Shown: one piece after another, positions 13,997 through 27,035 of the stretch
Numbering within the stretch: the first letter of the stretch is position 1
Layout of the letters: the number at the start of each line of letters is the position of its first letter
Assembly: GCF_006345805.1 (NCBI RefSeq)
Contig: NC_043003.1
Span: 75,454,001 to 75,518,000, forward strand
Origin: Octopus sinensis
Taxonomy: Eukaryota
Reading direction: 5' to 3'
Length of the DNA: 64,000 bases
Notes under the pieces: model-generated
Seen by the model: the letters and a program-made list of their open reading frames with translations, nothing else
Databases searched by the model: none
What the model was told of the DNA's origin: nothing
Made by a program: the position numbers and the translations under genes

Positions 13997-14300
13997 CGTA
14001 GGTGTGGCTGTGTTGTAAGAAGCTTGTTTTCCAACCACATGGTTCCTGGTTCAGTGTCATTACGTGGAACCTTGGGAAATGTGTCATGTACAATAGCCCT
14101 GGGCCGGTAAATGCCTTGTGAATGGATATGTTAAACGGAAACTCAAAGAAGCCTGTCGTATATATAATATATATTTCTGTATGTATTTTTGTGTCAGTGT
14201 TTGTTCCTTACCGCCGCTTGACAACCAGTGTTGGTGTTTCGTATTTGTGAATTTCGTATTTGCGGTTCGGCAGAGGAGAACAAGTACCCGGCTTATGTAT
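13997..14300 (+). mobile_element. tRNA-derived SINE
   Basis: Head GTAGGTGTGGCTGTGTTGTAAG...CCAACCACATGGTTCCTGGTTCAG; internal (TA/TG) tract; body shared with 14505 and 17473. Confidence 0.8.
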
Positions 14301-14324
14301 ATCTGTATGTATATAATACATATA

Positions 14325-14504
<180 letters not shown>

Positions 14505-14945
14505 TTCTTTCATTCTTTTCATTTATTTGTTTCAGTCAGTTGATTGCGGCCATGCTAGAACACTGCTTTCATTCGAAGAAATTGACCCCATGGCTTATTC
14601 TTCGTAAGCCTAGAACTTATTCTTTCGATCTCTTTTGCTGAACCAGTAGAATGCGGTAACGTAAACACACCAACATCGTTGTCAAGCGATGGTGGTGGGA
14701 ACAAACGCAGACTGACAAAAATATATACACCTCCAGACTCACTCACACACACACTTATCACACACAAGTACTCACACACACATATATATAACAGGCTTCT
14801 TTCAGTTTCCGTCTACCAAATCCACTCAAGGATTTGGTCGGCTCGAGGCTATAGGTAAGGAGATTTGCCTAGGTGCCACACAGTAGGACTGAACCTGAAA
14901 CCATGTGGTTGGTAAGCAAGCCACTTTCCACACAGACATTCCTGC
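14505..14945 (-). mobile_element. Near full-length tRNA-derived SINE, inverted relative to the 13997 copy
   Basis: Reverse complement reads GCAGGAATGTCTGTGTGG...CCAACCACATGGTTTCAGGTTCAGTCC...GATTTGGTAGACGGAAACTGAAAGAAGCC...TGACTGAAACAAAT with a GAAAAGAAT-type tail. Confidence 0.85.
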
Positions 14946-15643
14946 TGAAAGGCACAGCATGACGCCTAGGTTAAGAACTAAATTTACGATAAAATCATCG
15001 TAAATCAGAATACCTCAACTTCTTCAACATTGAGCATTCACACACCCAGACACTGATAGACAGCCTTCAGAATACGTACACACGGAACTCTCTACACAAT
15101 CACAAACACACAACTATTCCCCCAAACCTACACATACATACAGCCAACCATTCGAACGGCCGCATTCATGAAAAAAAGAACTCATAAATTTGTCGTTTGG
15201 TAAACACGTTGAACAAATTACATTCTTAAAATATTCATTGACCGATAAAAATCACTCAACAAGAGTAAACATTCATTTGCTAATAAAAATATATCTAGTG
15301 CAAAAACATTCATTCACTGATTACAACATTAATCGAACATATACTTTCACCTACGGAACTCACTCCTGTATCCGTATTCAGTATTAAAGCAAATATTTAC
15401 CGATGTAACCTCTCAACAGACCTCATGACAATCAATTATCAAAAACGTTCATCGACCTCGTTATACGAGATAATGCATCCCACAGTAGTCGGTCTTGGCG
15501 AAAGCAGCTATTTATCGAACAAACCAATTTCCCGAAATAAACTCTTCAATTACTAAAACAACAGAGAAACACCTTGCTAAATATATCCTACACGGAAAAA
15601 TAAATCATGTAATTCTGACACACAGGCGCTAGCGCACAATATC

Positions 15644-15698
<55 letters not shown>
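15644..15698. repeat. (TAG)n microsatellite
   Basis: Directly visible. Confidence 0.97.
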
Positions 15699-15984
15699 TA
15701 CAGGATGCCCCGTTTAGTAGCAACAATAATTTGCACTGAATACCCTTCGATAAATGTAATGATATTTTATGAAACCAATGAAGTGATCGAAAAAGAAAAA
15801 AAAACAGTTCAAGCAAATTCCTTATTTTGTCTGCTTGTTGTTGACTTGGTGAATGTTAAATGGTGTAGTTGTCTTTAAATATGGATCGATCCGGTTCTTG
15901 CATATCTTGGCAAAATATACAGTAGTTTGGAAAAAGGATTTTTGTGGCTTGAGTCACCGCATTTAAAAATCTTTAAAAATATTT

Positions 15985-16570
15985 TTCAGTATAGTATATA
16001 GATATAATTTGTGAAGCTGAATCCGAATTTGTTTTCTATTTATTCTAGATAAATTTTAGGAAAATATTACAGGCGTTCAAGGTTTGATAATTTTCAGAAC
16101 TTTCAGCCAATAAGAAAACAGCGTTCAGTGCCTCTTTCATCAAAACATTAAAAGTAACAGTGAAAAAGATTAAAACATACTCGAATAAATTAAATATTTA
16201 AAAGCTTCGAGAAAACCAACTATAGTTGCTAGAAATAACAGTCTAAATGTTGCTTAAAACAGACATGAAAATAAACAATTATGGAACACGGTGTGGTTAA
16301 ACTGCTTGTACGCATGTAGTGCATCTTTGGCAACTGTGGAAACAGAGTTCTTTGCAAACGGTTATGGAACATGTAGTGGTTACACTCCTTGGTTACTAAC
16401 TTGGGCTAAGAGAACTTCAATATGATGTGTAAAATACTCGCTTCTGATTGGTTACAATACCCAAATTTTGCAAACTTTAATGTCTAGTAACTTTTTGATT
16501 ATAAATTTATTGGAAAAATGTTTTTCGTTTTCATAATTAGTATATAAAACTTAATATATATGCGAAATAA
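15985..16570. mobile_element. Old MITE-like element with long degenerate terminal inverted repeats
   Basis: TTACAGGCGTTCAAGGTTTGATAATTTT...CCAATAAGAA resembles the reverse complement of CTTCTGATTGG...AAATTTTGCAAACTTTAATGTCTAGTAA. Confidence 0.45.
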
Positions 16571-17472
16571 ATAAAAAAACCCAATTGGAACAAAATTGGA
16601 GATATTCATTCAAACCACAAAACTCCTGAAAGTATAACTACAATTTCAAAACTCCAAATAGATGTACATTGCCACATGAAAGAGTACAATGTTCTTGGTA
16701 AGCATTGTGACTTGGGAAGCGATGTCCTTGGTATCCCTTGCAACAGCAAATTCCTGCGTCTGGCATGCAATTATGAAGGAAACAATGAAAAATCATTGAT
16801 TAATTAAATGTCTTTCAGTTAATTAATTCTCTCATGAAAACTTTGCTGAGTCATGCCGTATGTATAATGTAGGGAACCCTAGATTATTGACAGACAAAAG
16901 TAAGTTGTATTGGTTGGAACTAATCATTCATCACAATGTTGTACATCCCAGTCTGTTTGAATGAGATATTAACACTCCTTCTGGAGGTGTCTTCATGCCA
17001 AGCAACATACGGTTTATTATCCACTGCATGCCGCGTTGTATTTTCAGATAATTTAAATTTCACCTTTGACATCACTCACTGTTTTCAGTATTAACGATGT
17101 ATATATTTCTTTTCATTCTCTATGCTTTTTTTAATATAATACACACGTATTATCCCACACTATATAATGTATATTTACCCCTCCATTCCCCACTATCCTT
17201 CAACTGAATAAGCTTAATCATCTATATTGTACGATGCATCATTTTGATTTTCACATTGTAAGGAATTGATTATAGGGGATTTGATTTCATTTATAGAAGA
17301 GCAAATACGTTGAGGAATGGTTTTAGGTACGAAATATTGGGATCTTTTGCCGGATAGAACTTGTTTTCTTTTAACTTACTTCATGATAATTTGATTTACA
17401 ATAGTACAAAAAGAGATCGAAGGTACATTTTTCTATATAATTTCTCTGAATTTTGTTAAAAACATTACTGTG

Positions 17473-17628
17473 CGCAGGCGTGACTGCGTGGTAAAAAGCT
17501 TACTTCCAACCACATGGTTCAGGGTTCAGTCCCATTGAGATGCACCTTGGTCAAGAGTCTTTTGCTATAGCCTCGCGGCGAGGCTTTGTGATTTGATGTG
17601 GTAGACAGCAACTGGAAGAAGTCCGTCT

Positions 17629-17666
<38 letters not shown>

Positions 17667-17850
17667 ACCCATCACAGTTCACAACTAGTGTTGGTTTCTT
17701 TATATCCTCAAAACGTAGTGGTAGAATGAACTTACCGACAGAATAAGGGCCAGAGATATCACTGGAGCCAATTTATTAAATGAAAAGTTTGTCAAGTCGA
17801 TGTACCAACCTTCGATGTAATAACTGAAACTGAACATGATGTAAAATAAA
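17473..17850 (+). mobile_element. tRNA-derived SINE with internal (TG)n
   Basis: GCAGGCGTGACTGCGTGGTAA...CCAACCACATGGTTCAGGGTTCAGTCCC; same family as 13997 and 14505. Confidence 0.8.
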
Positions 17851-19169
17851 TGTTATAAAATGTTATACTTCCCGACATTTATTACATTATTTCTTTGATG
17901 TCTTTTGATAAGTATATATAGTGCTTCCACTTTTAAGAGTGTATATCTGTTTCTATTTAGTGCCAATAATTTACTAGTCATATGGTATTAGAATACTAGA
18001 ATACCTTCGATTTTTGGGAGGAGGTCTCTCCACAACTATATGGTTTTTAATTCAATTCCACTAATAGGCATCTTTGAAAAGTGTTTTAACCGAAGTCCAT
18101 CACAAACATACAAACGAAACTAAGGAATTGATTGATTCCATTGACGACGACGTTCCCGTACTTGAATAGTATTCCTAATGTGCCTCTATCATTTTTCATT
18201 TGCTTTTCTTTAACATATTCCTCTCTATTACCAGTATTCAAGTAAGCTTTCCACGTTAGAGATAACGTCCTCTATTGATCCTTTCTTACAAATATGGGGA
18301 CTTATCAAAGTGGAAGACGGATGCTTTTAATTCTCACTTTGAATACTCTGTTTAAAAGATGTTGCGAAAATGTCATATGTTTGCTTTTTATTATTTAATT
18401 ATTTATTTTTAAAGTGCCTTAATTGTTAAGGAAGTCTCTGAAGGATAGAGGGTCTCCATGTTACTGACGATATTTACAATTTTCACTGTCGCATGAAATA
18501 TTCCCAGCATTTATTAGCAAATGTCTCTGGCTAATTCCTTGCGTATTTAAGAAACCTATATTGATTCTGTACTACAAAATATGAACATTGTTACATCATG
18601 TTGCATCCCATATTCTCGCCAGAACTAGAAATCTATATACCAACATTGTTTTCTTAAGTGTGCATTTGTAGCAAGAACATTATCTGTGATCAAATTTTGC
18701 TAAAGTATTTAAAGAAATTCTGATAGCAGTGTATTAAATGTGTTCATCAGTTATTCTTCCAAACATGCAGAGAAATATTTCTTCATATGTGTTGCGCATA
18801 TAATAAATACATGTCATGTACATGCTTAGAATCTGCAATTATCTTGTCGTAACATTCTTCGGGAGTGCATGTGATTAATTTCATTTTCCTGTGATTGAGT
18901 TCCTAAGCAACTATTAATATCACTAATCGTTTTACTACACATACACATTCACATGTACATGCACATACACACTAACACATGTATAGACACACATACGCAC
19001 GCACACTCATATGTGTCTCTCTGTTTATTTCCTCTTCTTCCTTTCTGCTGATGCGCGTAGGCTTGAAATGTAAGTGGCCATTTCCTTTTTTTGTTTATCT
19101 ATAAATTTCGTCTGTATATATATATACATATATATATATATATTATTATATATATATATATATATATAT

Positions 19170-19249
<80 letters not shown>

Positions 19250-19263
19250 TAATATATATATAT

Positions 19264-19308
<45 letters not shown>

Positions 19309-19328
19309 CATACATATATATATATATA

Positions 19329-19367
<39 letters not shown>

Positions 19368-19974
19368 TTTTGCTTTTCGAAAAGCTTTGCCCGCTGTTGC
19401 CTATATATATATATATATATATATATTTTAACAAAACTATCCGACGAACGGGAACGTGAAACTGAGTGACAGCTTTTTTTCTGCTGCTTTTAAATAAACC
19501 ATATTACTCTGCCTCTGCTATTTGAGTACTCTTAATTCCACCTCGTTTCACATGTATGTGTTTACTCCGGTATATATATATAAAGATGTGTGCTTGTGTG
19601 TACACACACGCAGAGTAATAAAAAAAAACGTAACCTAGTGTTTAAGGTCTTGGACTTCATAGATCATAAGGTCTTCTGAACTTTTAAACAAGGGCAGTCA
19701 TCATTGCGTTCTTGAACAATACATGTCATGTAACGTTGCGTCTGTATACACAAGTAGGAATATGCATTGGCCGAGTACTGGGCCAGCTCCTTCTTTACTC
19801 TTACACCTGTCAAATCCATGTGTTCCTTGCGGGAATGCTCAGGAATGTGGGGAAGGTCTGTGTCGAAAAAGGCTCCCTGATCATTTTGAGAGGAAATGGG
19901 ATGAGCTGCATGGTCGTATTCGCATGCAAATGTCTCATACACGCACATGATTGCCATATATTTATAAATGATAT

Positions 19975-20610
19975 AAACCTCACCATTAAAAAACCGACAA
20001 ATGAAATAAGGTAGTGTTTATTGACACAGAGTACTACAAAAAATTAATACTCTCCATGTTGGAAAATAATATTTACTATGAGAAGATAGTACAATACAAC
20101 CCACAGAAGACACTTAAAACTTATCCTCCTTACTTTAAATACATGCCAAGGGCCTCGCAAACGAGGATTCTTGAAATCAGATCAATACTAATCAAAAGGC
20201 ATTACCAAATATCATTAATAAATGATGGCATTAAACGGATTAAGAACATATATATACGAACATTAAAGGAAGTCAACCGAAATACTAAAACAGAATTTAA
20301 AATACTCCAATGCATCTCCACACATAATCCTAGAAACAACAAAGCCCTCAAAATTATCATCCAAAATCTACCCATCTTCACAGGAGGTAACACAATAAAG
20401 AAAATTTTAGGCTCACAGCAAAATGCAACCTAAACCATTGAAAAAAATATTAACCAGCGCAAGACTATAACCATTAACAACAGAACCAAAAGTGAAAATA
20501 TTACACATAATCTTTTTACTCAAGGACTAGTAGACCTCACACCGTTCAGTATTCGGTTTGCATCCAAAGCAATGATTAGTAATTTTACGAAACCGGTATG
20601 CTTTTGAATC
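19975..20610 (+). mobile_element. Internally deleted Penelope-like element ending in a hammerhead relic
   Basis: FIDTEYYKKLILSML (RT start) is joined to ILEIRSILIKRHYQISLINDGIKR and ISTHNPRNNKALKIIIQNLPI (thumb/linker). Related to the 46.6-47.4 kb PLE (ISTYNPLNNKAFDSILQNIPL). Confidence 0.8.
20566..20604 (+). ncRNA. Degenerate minimal type I hammerhead ribozyme
   Basis: AAAGCA-ATGATTA-GTAATTTTAC-GAAA-CCGGT-A-TGCTTT: perfect 6-bp stem I, stem II GTA/TAC, palindromic stem III ACCGGT, GUA triplet. Core has two substitutions versus CUGANGA. Confidence 0.65.
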
Positions 20611-20856
20611 TCTTTATCAATTCACTATAATGACTTTTATTACTTTTATTCCTACCTCAGTTCATCTAATTGTATATATCTAACGTTACTTTTCTTAAAA
20701 TCCTTTAATTATTTTATTTCCAATGTGCATTTTAGCTTACTTTTCTTCTTATTTTCCCCTTACATTTCCACGTGTAGTTTCTAGTTCCTTTTTGTAACAT
20801 ATTTATATTATATATAAATATATACATCTATATATGTATATAGGTATATATATATA

Positions 20857-20910
<54 letters not shown>

Positions 20911-21026
20911 GTGTGTGTGTGTGTTGTGTGTGTGTGTGTGCGTATATATATATATGTATATATATATGCATACATATATATATATGCATATATATATATA
21001 TGTATATATGTACGTATATGTATGTA

Positions 21027-21070
<44 letters not shown>

Positions 21071-21150
21071 AATGAGGCACTCAGAAATCTAGATGGTTTT
21101 ATATTTACAGATATTTATTAGTATGTTACATGTTTTTATAAATCATATTT

Positions 21151-21468
21151 TAGCGCTTTCGTCCACTCTAGTGGAGTTGTCAAATTGAACTTTTGCAGGA
21201 ATTTTGTCTCTTTTTATTGTTTTATTCAGAGTGTAGTAATGGGGAGATATATCTCCTTCTTCTTCCTTTCATTCTTTTCTTTAAGACCCTTTTCAGATAC
21301 AAAACAAACACACACATACACGCCCTCTCTCTCACTTTCTCCCCATTTCTCACCCTCTTGTACTATCTTATATCTCTCCCCACCCCTATACACACAATAA
21401 TCCTATAAAAGGTGACAAAATCCCTGTAAAAGTTCAATTTGACAACTCCACTAGAGTGAGCAAGAGCG

Positions 21469-21471
<3 letters not shown>
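21151..21471. mobile_element. MITE with ~65-bp TIRs and TA ends
   Basis: TAGCGCTTTCGTCCACTCTAGTGGAGTTGTCAAATTGAACTTTTGCAGG versus CCTGTAAAAGTTCAATTTGACAACTCCACTAGAGTGAGCAAGAGCGCTA. Confidence 0.8.
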
Positions 21472-21508
<37 letters not shown>

Positions 21509-22178
21509 GTATATATATATGATATATGATTTATAAAACATGTAACATAGGAATAAATATCTGTAAATATAAATATATCCAAATTTCCGAATACCTCATT
21601 TCTACTAATATATAATACCTGTACATTATCTCCAAAACTTCTGATATACATATATGCAAGTGAGTATATTTTTATGAGTATATATATATGTAAGTGAGAC
21701 AAATTGTATTCTTAAGTGTACACATTGAATTTGGAAGCAGATATGACGTAAAATATATCAATCAGTGAATGGGAGAAGAATTTAATCTGTATATGTCTCC
21801 CGTTGCCTAATCCTCTCCATTTGTATGAATTCTCAGCCGTGGCGAATCCGTTTAAGATATTTAATCACACCAACATATCTGTCTTATGCCAGAATACAAC
21901 GCTGTCTGCAATAATGTATTGCGACATTTCGTCATTGATATGCTAAGTAATGTTTTAATAACATCTCCCCAGATAAAGTGTTATCATTTTAGAAACACAT
22001 TTCATGAAGTATTATATACTTATCATATAGTAAATATAGAACTCATATGCATAAATGGTGTGCGTAGTATACTTACATCTGCACGAGATTGCGATTATGC
22101 ATGCAGAAATCATCGTCGAATGCTCTAACTCACGCACACTCTTACAAAAGCACACACACACTTATAAGCAGACATACC

Positions 22179-22217
<39 letters not shown>

Positions 22218-24105
22218 ATATACATATGATTGTATGAATATACATTCATTAGTGATCTTTATATAGAACTCAGAGAGCACATGCATTAATGTGCACAGAT
22301 AGTCTTTGCCAAAATATACACACAAGCTTAGGTGATTGTGCGCGTATAAACATATATTTGTATTAGCTTATGTGTATATAACTGTCTTGGTTTTTATGAC
22401 TGTCTGCACATATATTTGAAATATTTCATATTAAACCAGTATCATTTTACAATCATATAATTACTTATCGGCAGATAACTCTTCTAACAACAGTTTTACC
22501 ATAGTATATTTTCATGGTATCTTGCGTACTTACCAAATACTAATACAAGGTAAACTCCTCTGACAGTAAACATAAGCTGGGGATGGTTTGGGCAAAATAC
22601 ATTAGTCTCCTATCTACAAATAGCAAGTATCCCTGAATCACAGCCACACATATTTCGCCTACATACTGTACTGCAGAATACATTGATTATTCGGAAGCCG
22701 TACAAAGCTTTCGTCTCAACATGACAGGCTGGCATTAAAACTTAAATCAGACGGATGGGAAGCAATAGTTTGTGAATGACGCGTTTTTTTAATAGCAATC
22801 AGGAAGATTTCTTTCGAAAATATATAAAATAAATTCTAATCCCCATACTACTACTAACAGTAATAACGACAATATAAGTCTCTAATCTAAACTCAAGGTG
22901 AGCAGTTTCAAGTAAGTTGACTTGTGGATAATACTAACACCCATCACTTAATTCGTGCAGCATTTTTGATACAAACTCGCCTGAACCCAACCCCAGGTTT
23001 TATGGCATAAACTCACTGTTTAACGTACTCTAAATTATAAACTACCATCAAAGTTTTATGCTAAATTGTTCCAGACCTCATCTTAATAGTGAAATTTACT
23101 TTACTAAATTAATCATTGTTTTAAAACTGAGTAGAAACAAAGACAGCTTATGTTTGACAGACAGATAGTAGCAAAATTGCTAAATTTATCAGTCCCAGAG
23201 GATGAAATGCGAAAATTTTCTGGGCGAGATTTGAACGATATTGAAGGAAATCCGCAGTTTTTCGACGCTTTAATGTTAAAATACCGTTGATGATTTTATT
23301 CAGCAGCAGCAGTTTCTACGGCTTTGAAAACCACCAGTTACAGCAGATGTCTGACAAGATCTCGGCTTATAAGATCTCGTTCTTTTTTTTTGCATCACTC
23401 GTGATTCTAATGTGACTCGATGTAGGTAGTTGGTGTAGGTAGTAACAATAGCAGTTTCCGTTCTACTTTCTCCCAGCATATGTGGAAAGTATCACTGAAA
23501 GACCACATGCATGGGCTTGGAATCGACAAAGAAATGTACTTCCTGCTCTGTCAAATAATGAATTACGGCTTTATGACCGCGTTACATTTCTGCCACAGAG
23601 GGACATCGAACGGCTTGTCTTTGCCGTGTTTTAAAGCACATGACATAGCTCTGCTAATGCAATAAACGTGTGTAGTATTGAAAAGTTGGTCAATCGCCAT
23701 TCTCATAGCTACGACATCTATTTTTAATCGTTGTGTCTCCAAAGTTGCTCACTAATTTGGCATTTAATGTATTGTGACGTTTCTACGCTTATTAGCCGCT
23801 TCAGACCTCATCATGGCCGGAGTGTTTGGATTGCTCTAATTGGTATTTAACTATCTTGAAAATATACACGCAGTTAAGGAAAAATATGTTCGCCGCAAAG
23901 CTATCTAAACCCTCTAATTTCTCTATTTTATTTTCAGGCTTCGCTTATTGTTCTGCATTAAACAGTGTTTTGCTCATCATGTAGCTACGTACCTTCATAT
24001 GCATATATGAATACATATGTAAGTTTTAAAAACTTTATAGTTTCACGCTGATTCTGCTTCCCACTCACACTTTTACCCTATATATATATATATATATATA
24101 CATAA

Positions 24106-24177
<72 letters not shown>

Positions 24178-24539
24178 GTAGAGACAGAGAGAGGAGTTAA
24201 TATAATGATAAGCAAGTTAGGCTAGTCAAAACCTCAAACGTAAGACTTCTTCTCTGAATACGAAGGGCGGTATTATCCGATGATGGAGTCACTTTAGAAT
24301 CATTATTTTGGAACCCCAAGTTTCTAGAAACAGCTGTCGGACACACAAAAAACTTATTCAGCTCCTTTAATTTCTGATTTCATTTCTATTTAACATTATT
24401 TTGTATATCGACATGTTTAACTGGCTTATTCTTTCATTTACTTATCTACATGCTCAAGTTTAAACCGTTTGAGCATTACGAAGTGTAATCTATATGGAAA
24501 ATATGTGACTGATCCATCTCTCTCTATATATAAATATAT

Positions 24540-25215
24540 ATATACAAAAAGGGTGAAACATAATTAATTTGATTAAATTAATAAATTTCACCTAGTAGTT
24601 TTATCGGTATGGAAAAGACCATATTTGGTAAGGATTATATTAATTATAATAAAGGGTTAATTGCAACAAGTTGCTCAAAACCACATACCGAAAATATTAT
24701 AAATGGCAGCCAAATAGGTCACCATTTCTCCTACTACTAAAAAAGTCTCCACAAACGAACAGAATTTGCAACCCGTATATGGCAAAGAGAAAGAAAATAA
24801 CGTAATCACAGCCTATTTGGATTAATTATAGACGAAAATTCGTTTCTGGATTAGAACCAGAGGTTCATTTCCTTGTCAATATAATATTTCCTATAAATCT
24901 AGAAATGCTAGGGGAAAAAAACTCACCCACTACACCGGCAAGAAGGTGACACCGAACGATATAATGGTCTGCCAGCATCACTACATTTATATAGACAGAC
25001 GAAATCGTATCTCCCTCCAAAATTACCACGTGAGTTACAAAAACATTATCAACGAAACGAGGTTTCGCAGATTTATTGTATGGGAGTAATAACGTACAAT
25101 ATACAAAAAGGGTGAAATATAATTAATTTAATCAAATTAATAAATTTCACCTAGTAGTTTTATCGGTATGGAAAAGACCATATTTGGTAAAGATTATATT
25201 AATTATAATAAAGGG
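24540..25215 (+). repeat. 117-bp direct repeats flanking a decayed PLE endonuclease-like fragment
   Basis: 24540-24656 and 25099-25215 match at 113/117 (four transitions). The spacer gives RTEFATRIWQ and LIIDE, weakly like the PLE GIY-YIG C-terminus. Confidence 0.8.
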
Positions 25216-25375
25216 CTATTTATATATATATATATATTTCTTTCTCTAGTTTCAGCTCAGAGCTGCGGTCATGCTGATGCACCACCGTTTTGTGCTACGC
25301 TGTTATTGCGAAGAACCTCGTCTAATATGTGGCATATTATATATTTTTGTATGTGCGTGTGTGTGTGTATACATA

Positions 25376-26505
25376 CTAGCAGAGATGCCCGGCGTTGCAT
25401 GGGATTAAAAGGGCATAATTTGTATATATATTATAGTTGCGTTAAAAAAAGGTGATATGGGAAAGTACAGCATTGACGACAAATCTTTCGTGAAGTGAAT
25501 GGTGAGCTAATTCAACTAAGCGACATGTCATGCATCCGTTTGGAGAATTCCAGTCTCTAACCTGTCAAGGAAAATTGGGGGTGTTTTTTTTTTTGTTTTT
25601 TGAACGCACCGAAAAGCTGTCTGTGGATATAATCTCCATTGCGGCGGTCGGCGCTACATCTAACATGACCCATTGTCTGAAGTTTTGATACCTGATTAGG
25701 ATCTGTTCTCGAACATCACTCACAAAGTAAATTTAGAGAAACTCTGGTTGTTCATTTGTGGGGAGCAGGTAACCAATAAGTTGACAGACTTGCCCTTGAG
25801 CTTTGAACATCGGCATAAATCCATGTTTAACTATCTCCGTAGATGCACCAAACGATGTCATTTGAAATGCGAAGTTGTATAGTCTGATATTATTGAGAAC
25901 ACCCTTTAACTGGATGGAAGTGCCTTCCAGAAGATCCGTAAGAGTTTGAAGAGAAGCAGGTAGTGCTGACAATCTTACCTTACCGCCTGAGCAGCACATG
26001 CAATTAGTTTTATTTCGAAAAGAATTATCATTTTTATAAGAATGGGATGGATCATATCTAAAAGCAGCTCTAAGATTTGTGAAGAAATAATTTGTAATTG
26101 TTTTCTTTCTGAGACCTAGTCTATTGGACCGCTGTCTAATCATTAAAACTCTGTTTTAATGAATTAGTATTAAGTGCTACAGGATGCCTATGTTGCTCTT
26201 GGGAAAGTCTCACCTCACTTATGTCTTGAGATTCTATTTGACGTGCTGCTCTTGAGAAAGTCTCATCTCTCTTCTCCTTTGAGACTCTCGCCTTCGGTTT
26301 TCTACAATCTTCCTTGATTTATACTTTTCAATATTATAAATAGCAAATTATGAACATAGAAAAATTATACATTAATCTATATATTTGCAATCAGTTGCAT
26401 GTCTCTATTTTTGTATGCATTGTAAATTAACCAAATAGAAGCATATGTACGAAATGGTAGTTTAACGGTAAATGCCACAGGCATTATTATAGATACATTT
26501 TGTTA

Positions 26506-26588
<83 letters not shown>
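25376..26588 (-). mobile_element. Internally deleted Helitron with both termini
   Basis: ORF 25733-26143: CCSGGKVRL..LNNIRLYNFAFQMTSFGA..GFMPMFKAQGQVCQLIGYLLP..EQPEFL, the Helitron Rep N-terminal region. 3' end on minus: GC-rich imperfect hairpin (25388-25403), 8 nt, then CTAG followed by T. Probable 5' A|TCTATATA at 26588. Confidence 0.85.
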
Positions 26589-26604
26589 TATATATATATT
26601 AATA

Positions 26605-26722
26605 TATTGGCCTGCTCACTTAGCCAGCGAGGTGGCGTCATTCGAAGGCTAAAACAATGCGAATGCATTTTGACCAGCGATGTGTAACTACATATGATGG
26701 ACTGGTCGGTCACGTGATCACG
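26605..26722 (+). mobile_element. 3' part of the SINE family at 41053
   Basis: TTGGCCTGCTC...GAAGGCTAAAACAATGCGAA..CATT.TGACCAGCGATGTGTA..GTGATCACG is shared with 41236-41340. Confidence 0.75.
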
Positions 26723-26749
26723 TGGTATATATATATATATATATATATA

Positions 26750-27035
26750 ATACAAAAGTGGGGCAAGAACGGAAAACATCCACACAGTTAGGTGAAGCAA
26801 AAAGGACAACAAAATATACAGACAGAAGTTACAAGGTAAGCAAGGACGGATCATCCGGAGTTTTCTATCCTGATTCTAGTTCCAGATTACCTCTGCAACT
26901 TCGGCCGTTATACTCGAGATTGCTCCAATCTGGCTAGCCCCAAAGAAAAAAAAAGCTACGAAGAAAGCAGCAAATGTTTAAGAAAACGAGGACGGAAAAA
27001 AACACAGAGTTTTGCGTACTTGTCCCATTTTTGTG
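26750..27035. mobile_element. ~285-bp element with ~26-bp imperfect TIRs in a TA context
   Basis: ACAAAAGTGGGGCAAGAACGGAAAAC versus the reverse complement of GTTTTGCGTACTTGTCCCATTTTTGT. Confidence 0.5.

Noticed and set aside
14960-15620. Further PLE endonuclease remnant
   Set aside because: Composition is PLE-like but I could not recover a convincing motif.
18231-18237. 7-nt microexon (CCAG|TATTCAA|GTAAGC)
   Set aside because: Good signals, but the length is not a multiple of three and such matches arise by chance in 64 kb.
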